NCBI GenBank assembly: GCA_043799405.1
Contig: JAZDNT010000004.1
Location: forward strand, 70,206-114,637
Length of the DNA: 44,432 bases
DNA from: Candidatus Kerfeldbacteria bacterium
GTDB lineage: Bacteria > Patescibacteriota > Patescibacteriia > SBBC01
Reading direction: 5' to 3'
Shown: positions 1 to 8,673 of the stretch, piece after piece
How the letters are laid out: every line of letters starts with the position of its first letter
Position numbering within the stretch: the stretch's first letter is position 1
Translations under genes and position numbers: made by a program
Notes under the pieces: generated by a model
What the model was told of the DNA's origin: nothing
Seen by the model: the letters and a program-made list of their open reading frames with translations, nothing else
The model's database searches: none

Positions 1-2
1 CC

Positions 3-278
3 TGATGTGGTCTTCTTCTGCGCGTCGATCGTCTGTTCGATGATCTGGACGTGGCCCCAGTAGAGCCATTTCCCGTCGATGTTGTGCACAAGGAACACGC
101 GGGTCGGCGCGGGGTGATAGATCCGCATGTCCGGTTTGTCGTAAAATTCAAAAACTCTTCCCTTGAAATCTTCCGCATGAAAGGGTTTCTTCAGATGTTT
201 CTCTAGCTCAAGCTCCACAGGAAAACCCTGTGCAGTCGTTATCTGGAGCGTATCGTTGAATTCTATGAAACTACCCAT
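3..278 (-). CDS. Hypothetical protein, 3'-truncated by the window edge (MGSFIEFNDTLQITTAQGFP...NIDGKWLYWG...)
   Basis: Manual translation from ATG at 278 is open to the window start with natural composition; absent from the ORF track because its stop is outside the window. Confidence 0.7.
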   Translation of the reverse strand, partial: MGSFIEFNDTLQITTAQGFPVELELEKHLKKPFHAEDFKGRVFEFYDKPDMRIYHPAPTRVFLVHNIDGKWLYWGHVQIIEQTIDAQKKTTS

Positions 279-294
279 ATTGAAACGTATTCCC

Positions 295-322
295 TACAGC
301 GCGGGCTTAAGCCCGCGCTGTA
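295..322. terminator. Perfect 28-bp palindrome immediately after the tyrS stop; possible terminator or processing hairpin
   Basis: TACAGCGCGGGCTTAAGCCCGCGCTGTA equals its own reverse complement; no U-tract in the tyrS direction. Confidence 0.5.
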
Positions 323-1567
323 TCATTCTTTCTTATTCAATCGCATGATTTCTACAACGATTTTCCTCTTCCCCACAACCAGTTGTGTATTGTGAGGAAG
401 GTCACCCGCGGATTGCTTCCAGTTCTTCTCCGCTCGCCCATTAATCGTCACCGCACCTTGCTCAAATAATCGACAGGCTTCAGATTTTGATTGTGCAACT
501 CTTGTGACAACAAGAACCTCATGTAAGTATAATTTGTTATTTCCCTCAAAATTCTTGTTTTTACTATCGAGATAAAAACGTCTGAGGTCAGAGCTAACGC
601 CTGTTTTAGAGATTTGTTTGTTCCATGCATTTAAGGAAAGCTTCGCTTCTTTGGCACCATGGTACATCCCCACGATGGTCCCGGCGAGCCTCAGCTTCGC
701 GTCCCGAGCTGCTCTGTCAGTAATAGATTCCGCTGGTAGTTCAGCGACCGGAATGTCTGTTGCTAGCTCATAGTAATCCCGAAGTGCCGTGTCGGGCAGC
801 GACATGATCTTCCCGAACATCTCAAACGGTTCTTCCTCGATCGCGATAAAGTTATTGAGCGATTTGCCCATCTTCTGGCCATCCGTGCCCATAAGGTACT
901 TCGCGAGCACGACATCCTGCGGCGGCACGCCGTGCGCCTTCATGAACTCACGTCCGGTCAAAAGGTTGAACTTTTGGTCGAGGCCGCCGATCTCGACATC
1001 GGGCTTTACGACGATCGAATCGTACGCCTGCAGTATCGGGTAGAACAGCTCGTGGAACGCAAGCGGCTGGCCATTCTTTACGCGCTGCCTGAACGTCTCG
1101 TGCGACAGGAGCCACCCGACGGAAAGCTTTGATGCCTCACGGACGAGTGCATCGAGTTTGAAATCCTTATACCATTCCATCTGGTAACGCACCTCAAGAA
1201 GTTTTTTGTCTTTCCTTAAAATCTTGAGTGCTTGCTGCTCGTAGGTCCTGTAGTTCTGCCTGATCTGGGTAGTGGTAAGCGGCGGCCGCGTCTCGTTCTT
1301 TCCGGAAGGATCGCCGATGCTCGCGGTAAAATCACCAACGATCAGAACGACGGTGTGGCCGAGGTCCTGGAACCGGCGGAGGATGCGCAACACGACCGCG
1401 TGTCCGAGGTGGAGCTGCGCGCCGGTCGGGTCAATACCAAGCTTAACCCGCAATCGGTCTCCCTGGTCGAGCCTGCGCTGAAGACGCTCACGGTCGATTA
1501 CCTCAGCAATGCCGCGTCTTAGCAGAAGATCTGTTTCAGGCATTTGTGCTTTATTAGTTCTGCCCAT
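323..1567 (-). CDS. tyrS: Tyrosine--tRNA ligase
   Basis: GIDPTGAQLHLGH (HIGH), GGLDQKFN, KMGKS (KMSKS-like) and C-terminal S4-like domain. Start at 1567 or 1543; an extended -10 at 1581-1589 favours these over 1645. Confidence 0.97.
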   Translation of the reverse strand: MGRTNKAQMPETDLLLRRGIAEVIDRERLQRRLDQGDRLRVKLGIDPTGAQLHLGHAVVLRILRRFQDLGHTVVLIVGDFTASIGDPSGKNETRPPLTTTQIRQNYRTYEQQALKILRKDKKLLEVRYQMEWYKDFKLDALVREASKLSVGWLLSHETFRQRVKNGQPLAFHELFYPILQAYDSIVVKPDVEIGGLDQKFNLLTGREFMKAHGVPPQDVVLAKYLMGTDGQKMGKSLNNFIAIEEEPFEMFGKIMSLPDTALRDYYELATDIPVAELPAESITDRAARDAKLRLAGTIVGMYHGAKEAKLSLNAWNKQISKTGVSSDLRRFYLDSKNKNFEGNNKLYLHEVLVVTRVAQSKSEACRLFEQGAVTINGRAEKNWKQSAGDLPHNTQLVVGKRKIVVEIMRLNKKE

Positions 1568-1575
1568 AGAAAACA

Positions 1576-1604
1576 TTGAAAGTATAGCATGTTTTTGGTA
1601 TACT
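1576..1604 (+). promoter_or_regulatory. sigma70-type promoter towards PBP1A, overlapping a divergent extended -10 for tyrS
   Basis: TTGAAA(1576-81)-17 nt-TATACT(1599-1604) with TG extension on +; TGC-TATACT on - at 1589-1581. Confidence 0.65.
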
Positions 1605-1757
1605 CGGGTGGTTATGGTACGGTTGATTGAAACTGAGTGCCTCAATCGAGGACGCTGCGTTGTATATACTGTGCGTTCGATCCACGGATCGAACGAGGTT
1701 TTGTTTTTTTACTGTAACTGCTCGCGACAATACTAGTAATGGGCACGTTTTCGCGAT

Positions 1758-4706
1758 ATGCCAATTCCTCATTTACGGCCGACCGAACACAACCCGCCAG
1801 CGAATCAATACCAGCGCTCGTGGCGGGACCTGCAACAGCGGTCACCCGCCGCGCTGACAGGATTACTACGTTTTTTGTCTACAATCATTGGCGCGGCGTT
1901 TCGTCCTGTGAAAAAGCTATTTAAGAAACCTCGAAAAAAGAGAGGGTTCGTCCGGTTTTGGCTTCCGCTCGTGGGTATTGTTCTGCTGTTGTTCGTTTTT
2001 TCAATTTTCGTTGTCTTCGCCTGGTTTTCAAGAGACCTGCCAGACCCGGACAAGATCTCTGATCGGACCGTCGCCCAATCAACGAGAATTTACGCACGCG
2101 ACGGCAAAACCCTCCTCTATGAAATCCACGGGGATCAGCGGCGCACCGTTGTTAGACTTGAAGACATAAGCCCAGACGTTGTAAATGCGACTATCGCCAT
2201 CGAAGACAAGGACTTCTACAAACACGGCGGCATTTCGATCGTAGGCATCATTCGCGCCATCTGGCGAGACGTGACGACCGGATCGACGCAGGGCGGCTCA
2301 ACGATTACCCAGCAATTCGTCAAGAATGCCATACTCACCAGCGAAAAGAAGATCACGCGAAAGATCAAGGAGTGGGTGCTTGCATATCAAATTGAAAGGC
2401 GTTTCACGAAACAACAAATTCTGAAGCTCTACTTCAATGAAATTCCGTACGGCTCGAACGCGTACGGCGCTGAGGCGGCGTCTGAAACATACTTCGGCAA
2501 GCCGGCAAAAAACGTGAGCCTTGCCGAGGCAGCGATCCTCGCTGCGCTGCCGCAGGCTCCTTCGTTCTACTCCCCCTACGGCAACAATGCCGATCGTTTG
2601 CTCAGCAGGGCGCACTACATCCTCGACATCATGGTAAAACAGGGGTACATAACGCAAGATCAGGCGGACACGGCAAAAAAAGAAGAGGTTCTGAAAAACG
2701 TCAAACCAAAGCGTGAAACGATCATCGCCCCTCACTTCGTTTTCTACGTACGCGACCTCTTGGCAGAAAAGTACGGGGAACGCGTCGTTGAGCAAGGCGG
2801 CTTGCGCGTGGTAACGACGCTCGATATCGACAAACAGCTTGCTGCGGAGGGCGCGATCGCTGCCCAGGCAGAAACCAATCAGAAAAAGTATAAGGCATCC
2901 AACACCTCGCTTGTTTCAATCGATCCGAAGACGGGCCAGGTGCTCGCAATGGTCGGATCGAAAGATTACTTCGATGCCTCGATCGATGGCAACGTAAACG
3001 TCGCTCTTTCTCTACAGCAACCGGGCTCTTCTATAAAACCGATCGTGTACGCGACTGCGTTCAGCCGGGGGTTTACGCCGGAAACGATACTCTTCGATCT
3101 TTCGACGCACTTCAAAATGTCAGGGGCTCCCGATTACGTTCCGCACAACTACGACGGAAAGGAGCGCGGACCGCTTCCGATGCGTAAAACGCTTGCTGGG
3201 TCGCTCAATATTCCTGCCGTGAAAACACTTTTCCTTGCTGGCATTGACCGCGTCATCGATCAAGCACAAAAGATGGGGTACACGACGTGGGAAGACCGTT
3301 CTCGGCTCGGCCTTTCTCTCGTGCTTGGGGGTGCCGAAGTTAAGCTCATCGAGCATACCGCAGCGTTCGGTTCGCTTGCTGCCGATGGCGACCTTCATAC
3401 TACAGCGCCGATCATGAAGGTTGAGGACAAGAACGGAAAACTTCTAGAAGAGTACAAGGATTCGAGCACGAACGTGCTCGATAAGAACGTTGCGCGTACT
3501 GTTTCAGACGTCCTGAGCGACAATAAAGCGCGCAGCTTCATCTTCGGAGAGCGCAACTGGTTAACGCTTCCTGATAGGCCTGTTGCGGCAAAGACGGGCA
3601 CAACTCAGGAATTCCGCGATGCATGGACTGTCGGGTATACGTCGGCGACCGGAAAAGGGCCTGCGATCGTCACCGGCGTCTGGGTCGGCAATAACGACAA
3701 TTCGCCCATGAGGTCCGGGGCGGACGGCTCGGTCGTGGCCGCACCGATCTGGAACAGTTACATGCGAAAGGCAATGGCTAATACCAAAGCGGAATCTTTT
3801 AAAAAGCCCGTTCCGTCGAAAACGACGAAGCCGATACTGCAGGGGAGGCTTGAGGGAGAGGCGCCGATCAAGGTTGACGCGATCACTGGTAAGGAAATTC
3901 CTGCCTCCTGTCTTGATAAGTGGCCGCAGGGATTCATCGTCGAAAAGTCCGTCAAGGCCGTTCATACTATCCTCTACTACATTGACCCGAATGACCCAGC
4001 CGGCCCGCCACCCCCCGATCCAACAAAAAACCCGCAGTTCTCCTCGTGGGATGCCCCGATCCAGCGGTGGGCTAAGAAAAACGGGTATGTAGAGAGCCGC
4101 CCCCCAGTGGAGTCGTGCTCTTTGCGCACCGAGGCTCCGTCAGTGCTCATTGTTGCTCCCGTCCAAAATGCGACCATCCGCGATACGAGCGTTAGCGTGA
4201 GCGTTACTACCCCGAGCCCGAAACCGATTATTGAGATTGCCTACTACCTTGATGGCGTCGCCCTTGCCCAACCGTCTGCCGCGGCAACAACGGCAACCGT
4301 GAATCTCGAGAGTGTGCCCAACGGCTACCACACCATTCGCGTCGTTGTTAAAGACGACGTTGGAAACACCGGGGAAGCGAGTGTCAGTATTAACATCTTA
4401 CGCGACCTTTCGGCTTCGAGTATATACTTCTTATCGCCCCCGTACAACGCTTCGTTTCCGGCTGGCTCCCAGATCGACCTTCGAGCGTTCGTATTCGACC
4501 CTTCTGGAATTGCGAGCTCTTCTTTTCAGGTAACCGCCCCCGATGGTTCTACGAGTACTATCGAGGCGGCCGTTGGTGGCGACTCGATTGCCTCTGCGAC
4601 GTGGCAGTCTCTATCGCTTCAGGGATCATGTCGCGCTGTATTTAAAGCGGTTACAGTAAGCAGTAAAACTCTTCAAACAGACGCCCTGTTGTTCACTCTT
4701 CTCTAG
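1758..4706 (+). CDS. Class A penicillin-binding protein (PBP1A family) with C-terminal Ig-like extension
   Basis: TM anchor; GT51 motifs EDKDFYKH, GGSTITQQ, RKIKE; transpeptidase SxxK (SSIK), SLN, KTGT. Confidence 0.95.
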   Translation: MPIPHLRPTEHNPPANQYQRSWRDLQQRSPAALTGLLRFLSTIIGAAFRPVKKLFKKPRKKRGFVRFWLPLVGIVLLLFVFSIFVVFAWFSRDLPDPDKISDRTVAQSTRIYARDGKTLLYEIHGDQRRTVVRLEDISPDVVNATIAIEDKDFYKHGGISIVGIIRAIWRDVTTGSTQGGSTITQQFVKNAILTSEKKITRKIKEWVLAYQIERRFTKQQILKLYFNEIPYGSNAYGAEAASETYFGKPAKNVSLAEAAILAALPQAPSFYSPYGNNADRLLSRAHYILDIMVKQGYITQDQADTAKKEEVLKNVKPKRETIIAPHFVFYVRDLLAEKYGERVVEQGGLRVVTTLDIDKQLAAEGAIAAQAETNQKKYKASNTSLVSIDPKTGQVLAMVGSKDYFDASIDGNVNVALSLQQPGSSIKPIVYATAFSRGFTPETILFDLSTHFKMSGAPDYVPHNYDGKERGPLPMRKTLAGSLNIPAVKTLFLAGIDRVIDQAQKMGYTTWEDRSRLGLSLVLGGAEVKLIEHTAAFGSLAADGDLHTTAPIMKVEDKNGKLLEEYKDSSTNVLDKNVARTVSDVLSDNKARSFIFGERNWLTLPDRPVAAKTGTTQEFRDAWTVGYTSATGKGPAIVTGVWVGNNDNSPMRSGADGSVVAAPIWNSYMRKAMANTKAESFKKPVPSKTTKPILQGRLEGEAPIKVDAITGKEIPASCLDKWPQGFIVEKSVKAVHTILYYIDPNDPAGPPPPDPTKNPQFSSWDAPIQRWAKKNGYVESRPPVESCSLRTEAPSVLIVAPVQNATIRDTSVSVSVTTPSPKPIIEIAYYLDGVALAQPSAAATTATVNLESVPNGYHTIRVVVKDDVGNTGEASVSINILRDLSASSIYFLSPPYNASFPAGSQIDLRAFVFDPSGIASSSFQVTAPDGSTSTIEAAVGGDSIASATWQSLSLQGSCRAVFKAVTVSSKTLQTDALLFTLL

Positions 4707-5001
4707 CGCCCCGAATTTGTACGCGGTCAAAGCGAAGGCGAGGAAATTGCTCTCGGAGGCCCTGCAGTAATATGGCTTCGTTTTGACGGAGCGCCGCGCT
4801 TGCCGACGAAGACCGACTCTCGCACACCAGCGTTCCCTTTGTGTAAGCCGTTGCTCGCAGGTAACGCTCGACGCTCTCTTTGAAGAGTAGTTTGATTTTT
4901 TCGTTTGCGGCTTGGAGTACGCGAGCCGCGAGAATCTCTGTCCCCACGCCCGTCCTTTCCGCGGCTCCTTCGAGCAGGGGCCCTATGTGCGTCGCTGGCA
5001 T
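4693..5001 (-). CDS. DUF721/DciA-like protein (putative replicative helicase operator)
   Basis: 102 aa starting 2 nt after the dnaN stop; GTLV...SASAAL...E..LL..L pattern typical of DUF721. Confidence 0.65.
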   Translation of the reverse strand: MPATHIGPLLEGAAERTGVGTEILAARVLQAANEKIKLLFKESVERYLRATAYTKGTLVCESRSSSASAALRQNEAILLQGLREQFPRLRFDRVQIRGAREE

Positions 5002-5003
5002 TG

Positions 5004-6107
5004 TTACTGCCGAATAGGCATGATCAGATACAGATAGTCGACCTCTTTACCGAGGGGCTTCAGAATTCCTGGGCTCGCGCTGTCAGAAACGCCAAGCGAG
5101 ACCGTTTCGGCGCCGCTCATTGCGGCAAGGCCATCAAGCAGGTACCGGTAGTTAAAGACGATGCTCGCTGCGTCTCCGTGTATCTTCGCTGGAACGCTAC
5201 CCTGATGCTCGCCAAGCTCTGCGTTTGCTGCAGACACGGTCACCGCCTTCCTATCAGGATCAAGAGTAATGGAAATGTCGTTTATGCCGGTACGGACGAA
5301 TAGGCTCGCTGTTTTTACGACCTTAATAAAAGAGTCGGTTGCTATGTGGGCGTCTGTTCTTGTCGTCTTCGGTATTATTTGACCATAATCGGGGTACTTT
5401 CCCTCGACCAGCCGCGTCGTTAACTCAGCGCTTCCCGAGACGAAGAGGGCTTGCGTATCGCCGATAAATGCCTCGACCTCGCCTTCTGTGGGAAGGGTTC
5501 TTGCAAGCTCGAATAGCGCCCTCGTTGGAATAATCGTTACGAGCTCTGCGGGCCTGCCTTCGATGGAAAGGTGTCTTTCTGCAAGCCTATAGCTATCGGT
5601 TGCCGCAAGCGTCATTGTGTTCCCTGTTACCGACACGAATGTACCGCTAATTTCCGGTCTCGTTGCGTCCTGCGCTGCGGCGAAAAGAACCTGCTCAAGC
5701 CCTGCTCGTAAGTTTGTTGCCGATATTTTTACGCCTTTTTCTCTCGGTACTGTGGGGATGATCGGAAAATCGTCTGCGGACATGCCGCGAATCGTTGTTT
5801 TTGACGTCTCTCCCACAACCCGAAGCTGCGCACCGTCGGTTTCAAGCTCAATGCGGTCGTTTTCTAAAAGGCCGACAAACTCGGCGAGAAGGCGCGCATT
5901 AACCGTAATTGCGCCGTCCTCGGAAATTTTTCCGCGCACGCGCGTGACGACCCCAACCTCAAGATTGGTCGCGCAAAGGGACAGCGCCCCATTCTCGGTT
6001 TTCAGAAGGACGTTTCCTAAAATTGGGAGCGTAAGATTTTTGCTCGCAATACGACTTACAAGGGAGAGTCCCGCGAGGAGGTTTTCTTTTGTACAAGATA
6101 CTTTCAT
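5004..6107 (-). CDS. dnaN: DNA polymerase III beta sliding clamp
   Basis: 367 aa; ATNLE, ATDSYRLA, EGKYPDY, FNYRYLLD, YLIMP motifs; follows dnaA. Confidence 0.98.
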   Translation of the reverse strand: MKVSCTKENLLAGLSLVSRIASKNLTLPILGNVLLKTENGALSLCATNLEVGVVTRVRGKISEDGAITVNARLLAEFVGLLENDRIELETDGAQLRVVGETSKTTIRGMSADDFPIIPTVPREKGVKISATNLRAGLEQVLFAAAQDATRPEISGTFVSVTGNTMTLAATDSYRLAERHLSIEGRPAELVTIIPTRALFELARTLPTEGEVEAFIGDTQALFVSGSAELTTRLVEGKYPDYGQIIPKTTRTDAHIATDSFIKVVKTASLFVRTGINDISITLDPDRKAVTVSAANAELGEHQGSVPAKIHGDAASIVFNYRYLLDGLAAMSGAETVSLGVSDSASPGILKPLGKEVDYLYLIMPIRQ

Positions 6108-6372
6108 ATATTCAACCGATAATAGTAATAAGCGTTGTGGGAATGTGGAGAAAGGGGCGAGCGAGGCGAGGCGGCGCCGATTTTGCTTGGGTTAGGGGCG
6201 CGTCGTTTGATAAAGGGCGCGTGCATAGGGTGTGGGGCGGGCAGTGGGGAAGCAAGGGATAAATATTTTTTATGTTGCGAGGGCTGGGGAAGAAGGCGCC
6301 GGGTCCCCACACAAGCCTGAGTCGCAAGCAACAGCTTTCCAACAGAAACGGGCGCGCTTTCCCACAGATAGT
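6108..6372. other. Putative oriC (dnaA-dnaN intergenic unwinding region)
   Basis: Tandem DnaA-box variants at 6136-6152, GCGT spacer and TAA-TAG-TAA-TAA trios at 6120-6131; further degenerate boxes near 6336-6367. Confidence 0.75.
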
Positions 6373-7740
6373 TTACACGTTGTAAAGACGTTGGCGGATG
6401 AGGTTGACGTCCTGGCGAACCCGCTCGTCGTTTTCAAGGACCCTGCTGATCTTTAGGACCGCATGCATGGCTGTTGTGTGGTCGCGCCCGCCAAGCTCTT
6501 GGCCGATGTTCGGGAAAGAGCACTTAAGTTCTTCTCGCATAAGGAACATCGCGATCTGTCGAGGAAAAACAAGGCCCTTTTTACGACTGTCTCCAACAAT
6601 ATCGTCCAGCGATAGGTCGTAGAACGATGAAACGGTATTGAGAATGATTTTTGGGGTGAGGCCGCCGCGCGGAGACCGCGAGGCAACTGACGCAAGCAGG
6701 GCTTTTGTGCTATCGAGCGTTGGCGCGGAATTATTGAGCTGATGGTACGCAATAATTCGGTTGAGGGCACCCTCGAGCTCGCGGACATTGGACTGAATGG
6801 TTGTTGCAAGAAAACGCAAGATGTCGTCCGAAAGCGAATAGGATTTTTCCTTACACTTCGATTCAAGAATCGCAATCCTTGTTTCAAGGTCTGGGCTTCC
6901 AATGTCAGCAATCATGCCCCACTCGAACCGAGAGGTGATCCTCGCCTCAAGCGACGGGATTGACTTCGGCGGCCTGTCGGACGTAACAACAATCTGTCGG
7001 TTCGTTTGATGCAGGGCGTTAAACGTATGGAAAAATTCTTCCTGGGTTCCCTCCTTGCCGGCAAGGAACTGGACGTCGTCGATAAGAAGAACGTCGACGT
7101 TTCGGTACTTGTTCTTGAACGACTCGGCCTGCCCGCGCGAAACTGCGTGTATGTAATCGTTGGTGAAGCGCTCGCAACTAACATAGAGCACGGTTTTGTC
7201 AGGGTAGAGTCTGAGCGTCTCATGGCCGATAGCCTGCATCAGGTGGGTTTTCCCAAGCCCTGCGCCGCCGTAGACAAACAGCGGGTTATACGTGGTTCCG
7301 GGTTTTTCGCACACTGCGAGCGCGGCCGCATGGGCGAGCGCGTTGCCCTTACCAACGACGAAATTGCTAAAGAGGTAGCGGGGGTTGAGGTTGAAGTCTT
7401 CGATTTTTGATCCGTTGCCGTTGGTAGCGGGTTTAGGGGCGGGGTGGACGAGCGTCGCGGTGGTTACCGAAGCCGCCTCACGTCTATGCGAAGCAGAGGC
7501 AACTTCGTAGGTAACTGCGAATGGTTTTTTTCCAACAACGTTCTCAACCGCCCTGATGATAAAGTCATGATATTTGTTTTGGAGCCAGCTTTGAGTAAAG
7601 GCGTTAGGTACGCCGACAACGGCCTGGTTGTCTTGTAACGATAAGACGAACGTATTTTTAAACCACGTCGTAAAATTAGCCTTACTGATGAGAAGCTCAA
7701 GCTCGCCGAGAACCGCTTGCCAGACTTGTTCGTTTGTCAT
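6373..7740 (-). CDS. dnaA: Chromosomal replication initiator DnaA
   Basis: NPLFVYGGAGLGKTHL Walker A, LLIDDVQF Walker B, NVRELEGAL, GGRDHTT domain IV signature. Confidence 0.99.
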   Translation of the reverse strand: MTNEQVWQAVLGELELLISKANFTTWFKNTFVLSLQDNQAVVGVPNAFTQSWLQNKYHDFIIRAVENVVGKKPFAVTYEVASASHRREAASVTTATLVHPAPKPATNGNGSKIEDFNLNPRYLFSNFVVGKGNALAHAAALAVCEKPGTTYNPLFVYGGAGLGKTHLMQAIGHETLRLYPDKTVLYVSCERFTNDYIHAVSRGQAESFKNKYRNVDVLLIDDVQFLAGKEGTQEEFFHTFNALHQTNRQIVVTSDRPPKSIPSLEARITSRFEWGMIADIGSPDLETRIAILESKCKEKSYSLSDDILRFLATTIQSNVRELEGALNRIIAYHQLNNSAPTLDSTKALLASVASRSPRGGLTPKIILNTVSSFYDLSLDDIVGDSRKKGLVFPRQIAMFLMREELKCSFPNIGQELGGRDHTTAMHAVLKISRVLENDERVRQDVNLIRQRLYNV

Positions 7741-7769
7741 GGAGACCGGTAACTTATTGTTACTGCGGA

Positions 7770-7848
7770 ACTATAGCATGAACGTAAGCTTATAAAAATG
7801 AGAAAAATGCGCGACCATGTGGAGAATATGTTGAAGATATGTGGAAAC
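7770..7848. promoter_or_regulatory. dnaA extended -10 promoter and three phased DnaA-box-like 9-mers
   Basis: TGC-TATAGT on - (7778-7770); TGTGGAGAA 7818, TGTTGAAGA 7829, TGTGGAAAC 7840. Confidence 0.6.
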
Positions 7849-7872
7849 AATACAAATGGAATTTTTATTACA

Positions 7873-7902
7873 TTGACGAAGAACGAAAAAGGCTGATATA
7901 CT
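7873..7902 (+). promoter_or_regulatory. rpmH operon promoter
   Basis: TTGACG-18 nt-TATACT with TG extension, 12 nt upstream of the rpmH ATG. Confidence 0.65.
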
Positions 7903-7914
7903 TCGGCAACCACT

Positions 7915-8064
7915 ATGCCAAAGCGCACCTACCAACCAAAGAAACGCAGACGCGCAGCCGTTCATGGATTCTTACGTCGCATGCGAACGCCTGGTGGTAG
8001 GGCGGTTATTGGTCGACGGAGACAGAAGGGAAGGAAACGGTTAACGCCGCAATCGGGGCGGTAA
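7915..8064 (+). CDS. rpmH: 50S ribosomal protein L34 (49 aa, below the ORF-track cutoff)
   Basis: Manual translation [44 protein letters not shown]; canonical position. Confidence 0.97.
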   Translation: MPKRTYQPKKRRRAAVHGFLRRMRTPGGRAVIGRRRQKGRKRLTPQSGR

Positions 8065-8072
8065 CAATAAGA

Positions 8073-8423
8073 ATGCTCGCAAGAGAGAATCGTCTGCGAA
8101 GTTCCCGCGATTTCCGCCGCGCATACGAGAACGGCAGGGCCTATAGTACAGCACTGCTTACTGTGCGCACGCTGAAGCGCGGCGACCGCGGACCGACAAG
8201 GGTAGGCATTGTCGTGAGCACGAAACTCTCAAAAAAATCGGTCGAGAGGAACGCGGTCCGTCGGCGGCTGAGAGAGGCGCTACATCGCACGAATATTGTG
8301 GCCCTCCGTGGCATGGACATCGTCGTAACCGCGCGCCCGGCAGCACGGAGCGCAGCGTATAAATCGCTTGTCGACGAATGTAACAGCTACGTTAGTCGGA
8401 TCGCAAAAACTACGCATAGGTGA
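8073..8423 (+). CDS. rnpA: Ribonuclease P protein component
   Basis: RL...DF..., RVGIVVS.K..KKSVERNAVRRRLRE (RNR motif), DIVV; synteny. Confidence 0.95.
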   Translation: MLARENRLRSSRDFRRAYENGRAYSTALLTVRTLKRGDRGPTRVGIVVSTKLSKKSVERNAVRRRLREALHRTNIVALRGMDIVVTARPAARSAAYKSLVDECNSYVSRIAKTTHR

Positions 8424-8668
8424 TCATGAAGATACTTTCATTATTGGCCGTCTCGATCATACGCCTCTACCAGCGGACGCTGTCTCCTGACCACGGGTGG
8501 TTTCGCTCGAACCACCCACTCGGCTTTTGTCGCTATCACCCCTCGTGTTCCGAGTTTGCGGTTCGTACAATAAAAAAACACGGAATTTTCGTTGGAACGC
8601 TCTTCGTCATGCGCCGAATTATTAAATGTAATCCTTGGTCGAGGGGCGGACTCGATCCAGTACAGTAG
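8420..8668 (+). CDS. yidD: Membrane protein insertion efficiency factor YidD
   Basis: YQRTLSP, CRYHPSCSEFA, RIIKCNPWSRGGLDPV; start GTG 8420 or ATG 8426. Confidence 0.93.
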   Translation: MIMKILSLLAVSIIRLYQRTLSPDHGWFRSNHPLGFCRYHPSCSEFAVRTIKKHGIFVGTLFVMRRIIKCNPWSRGGLDPVQ

Positions 8669-8673
8669 GCCCT

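Noticed and set aside
1568-1757. Possible T-box upstream of tyrS
   Set aside because: No UGGNACC bulge or specifier stem on -, and the promoter sits a few nt from the start codon.
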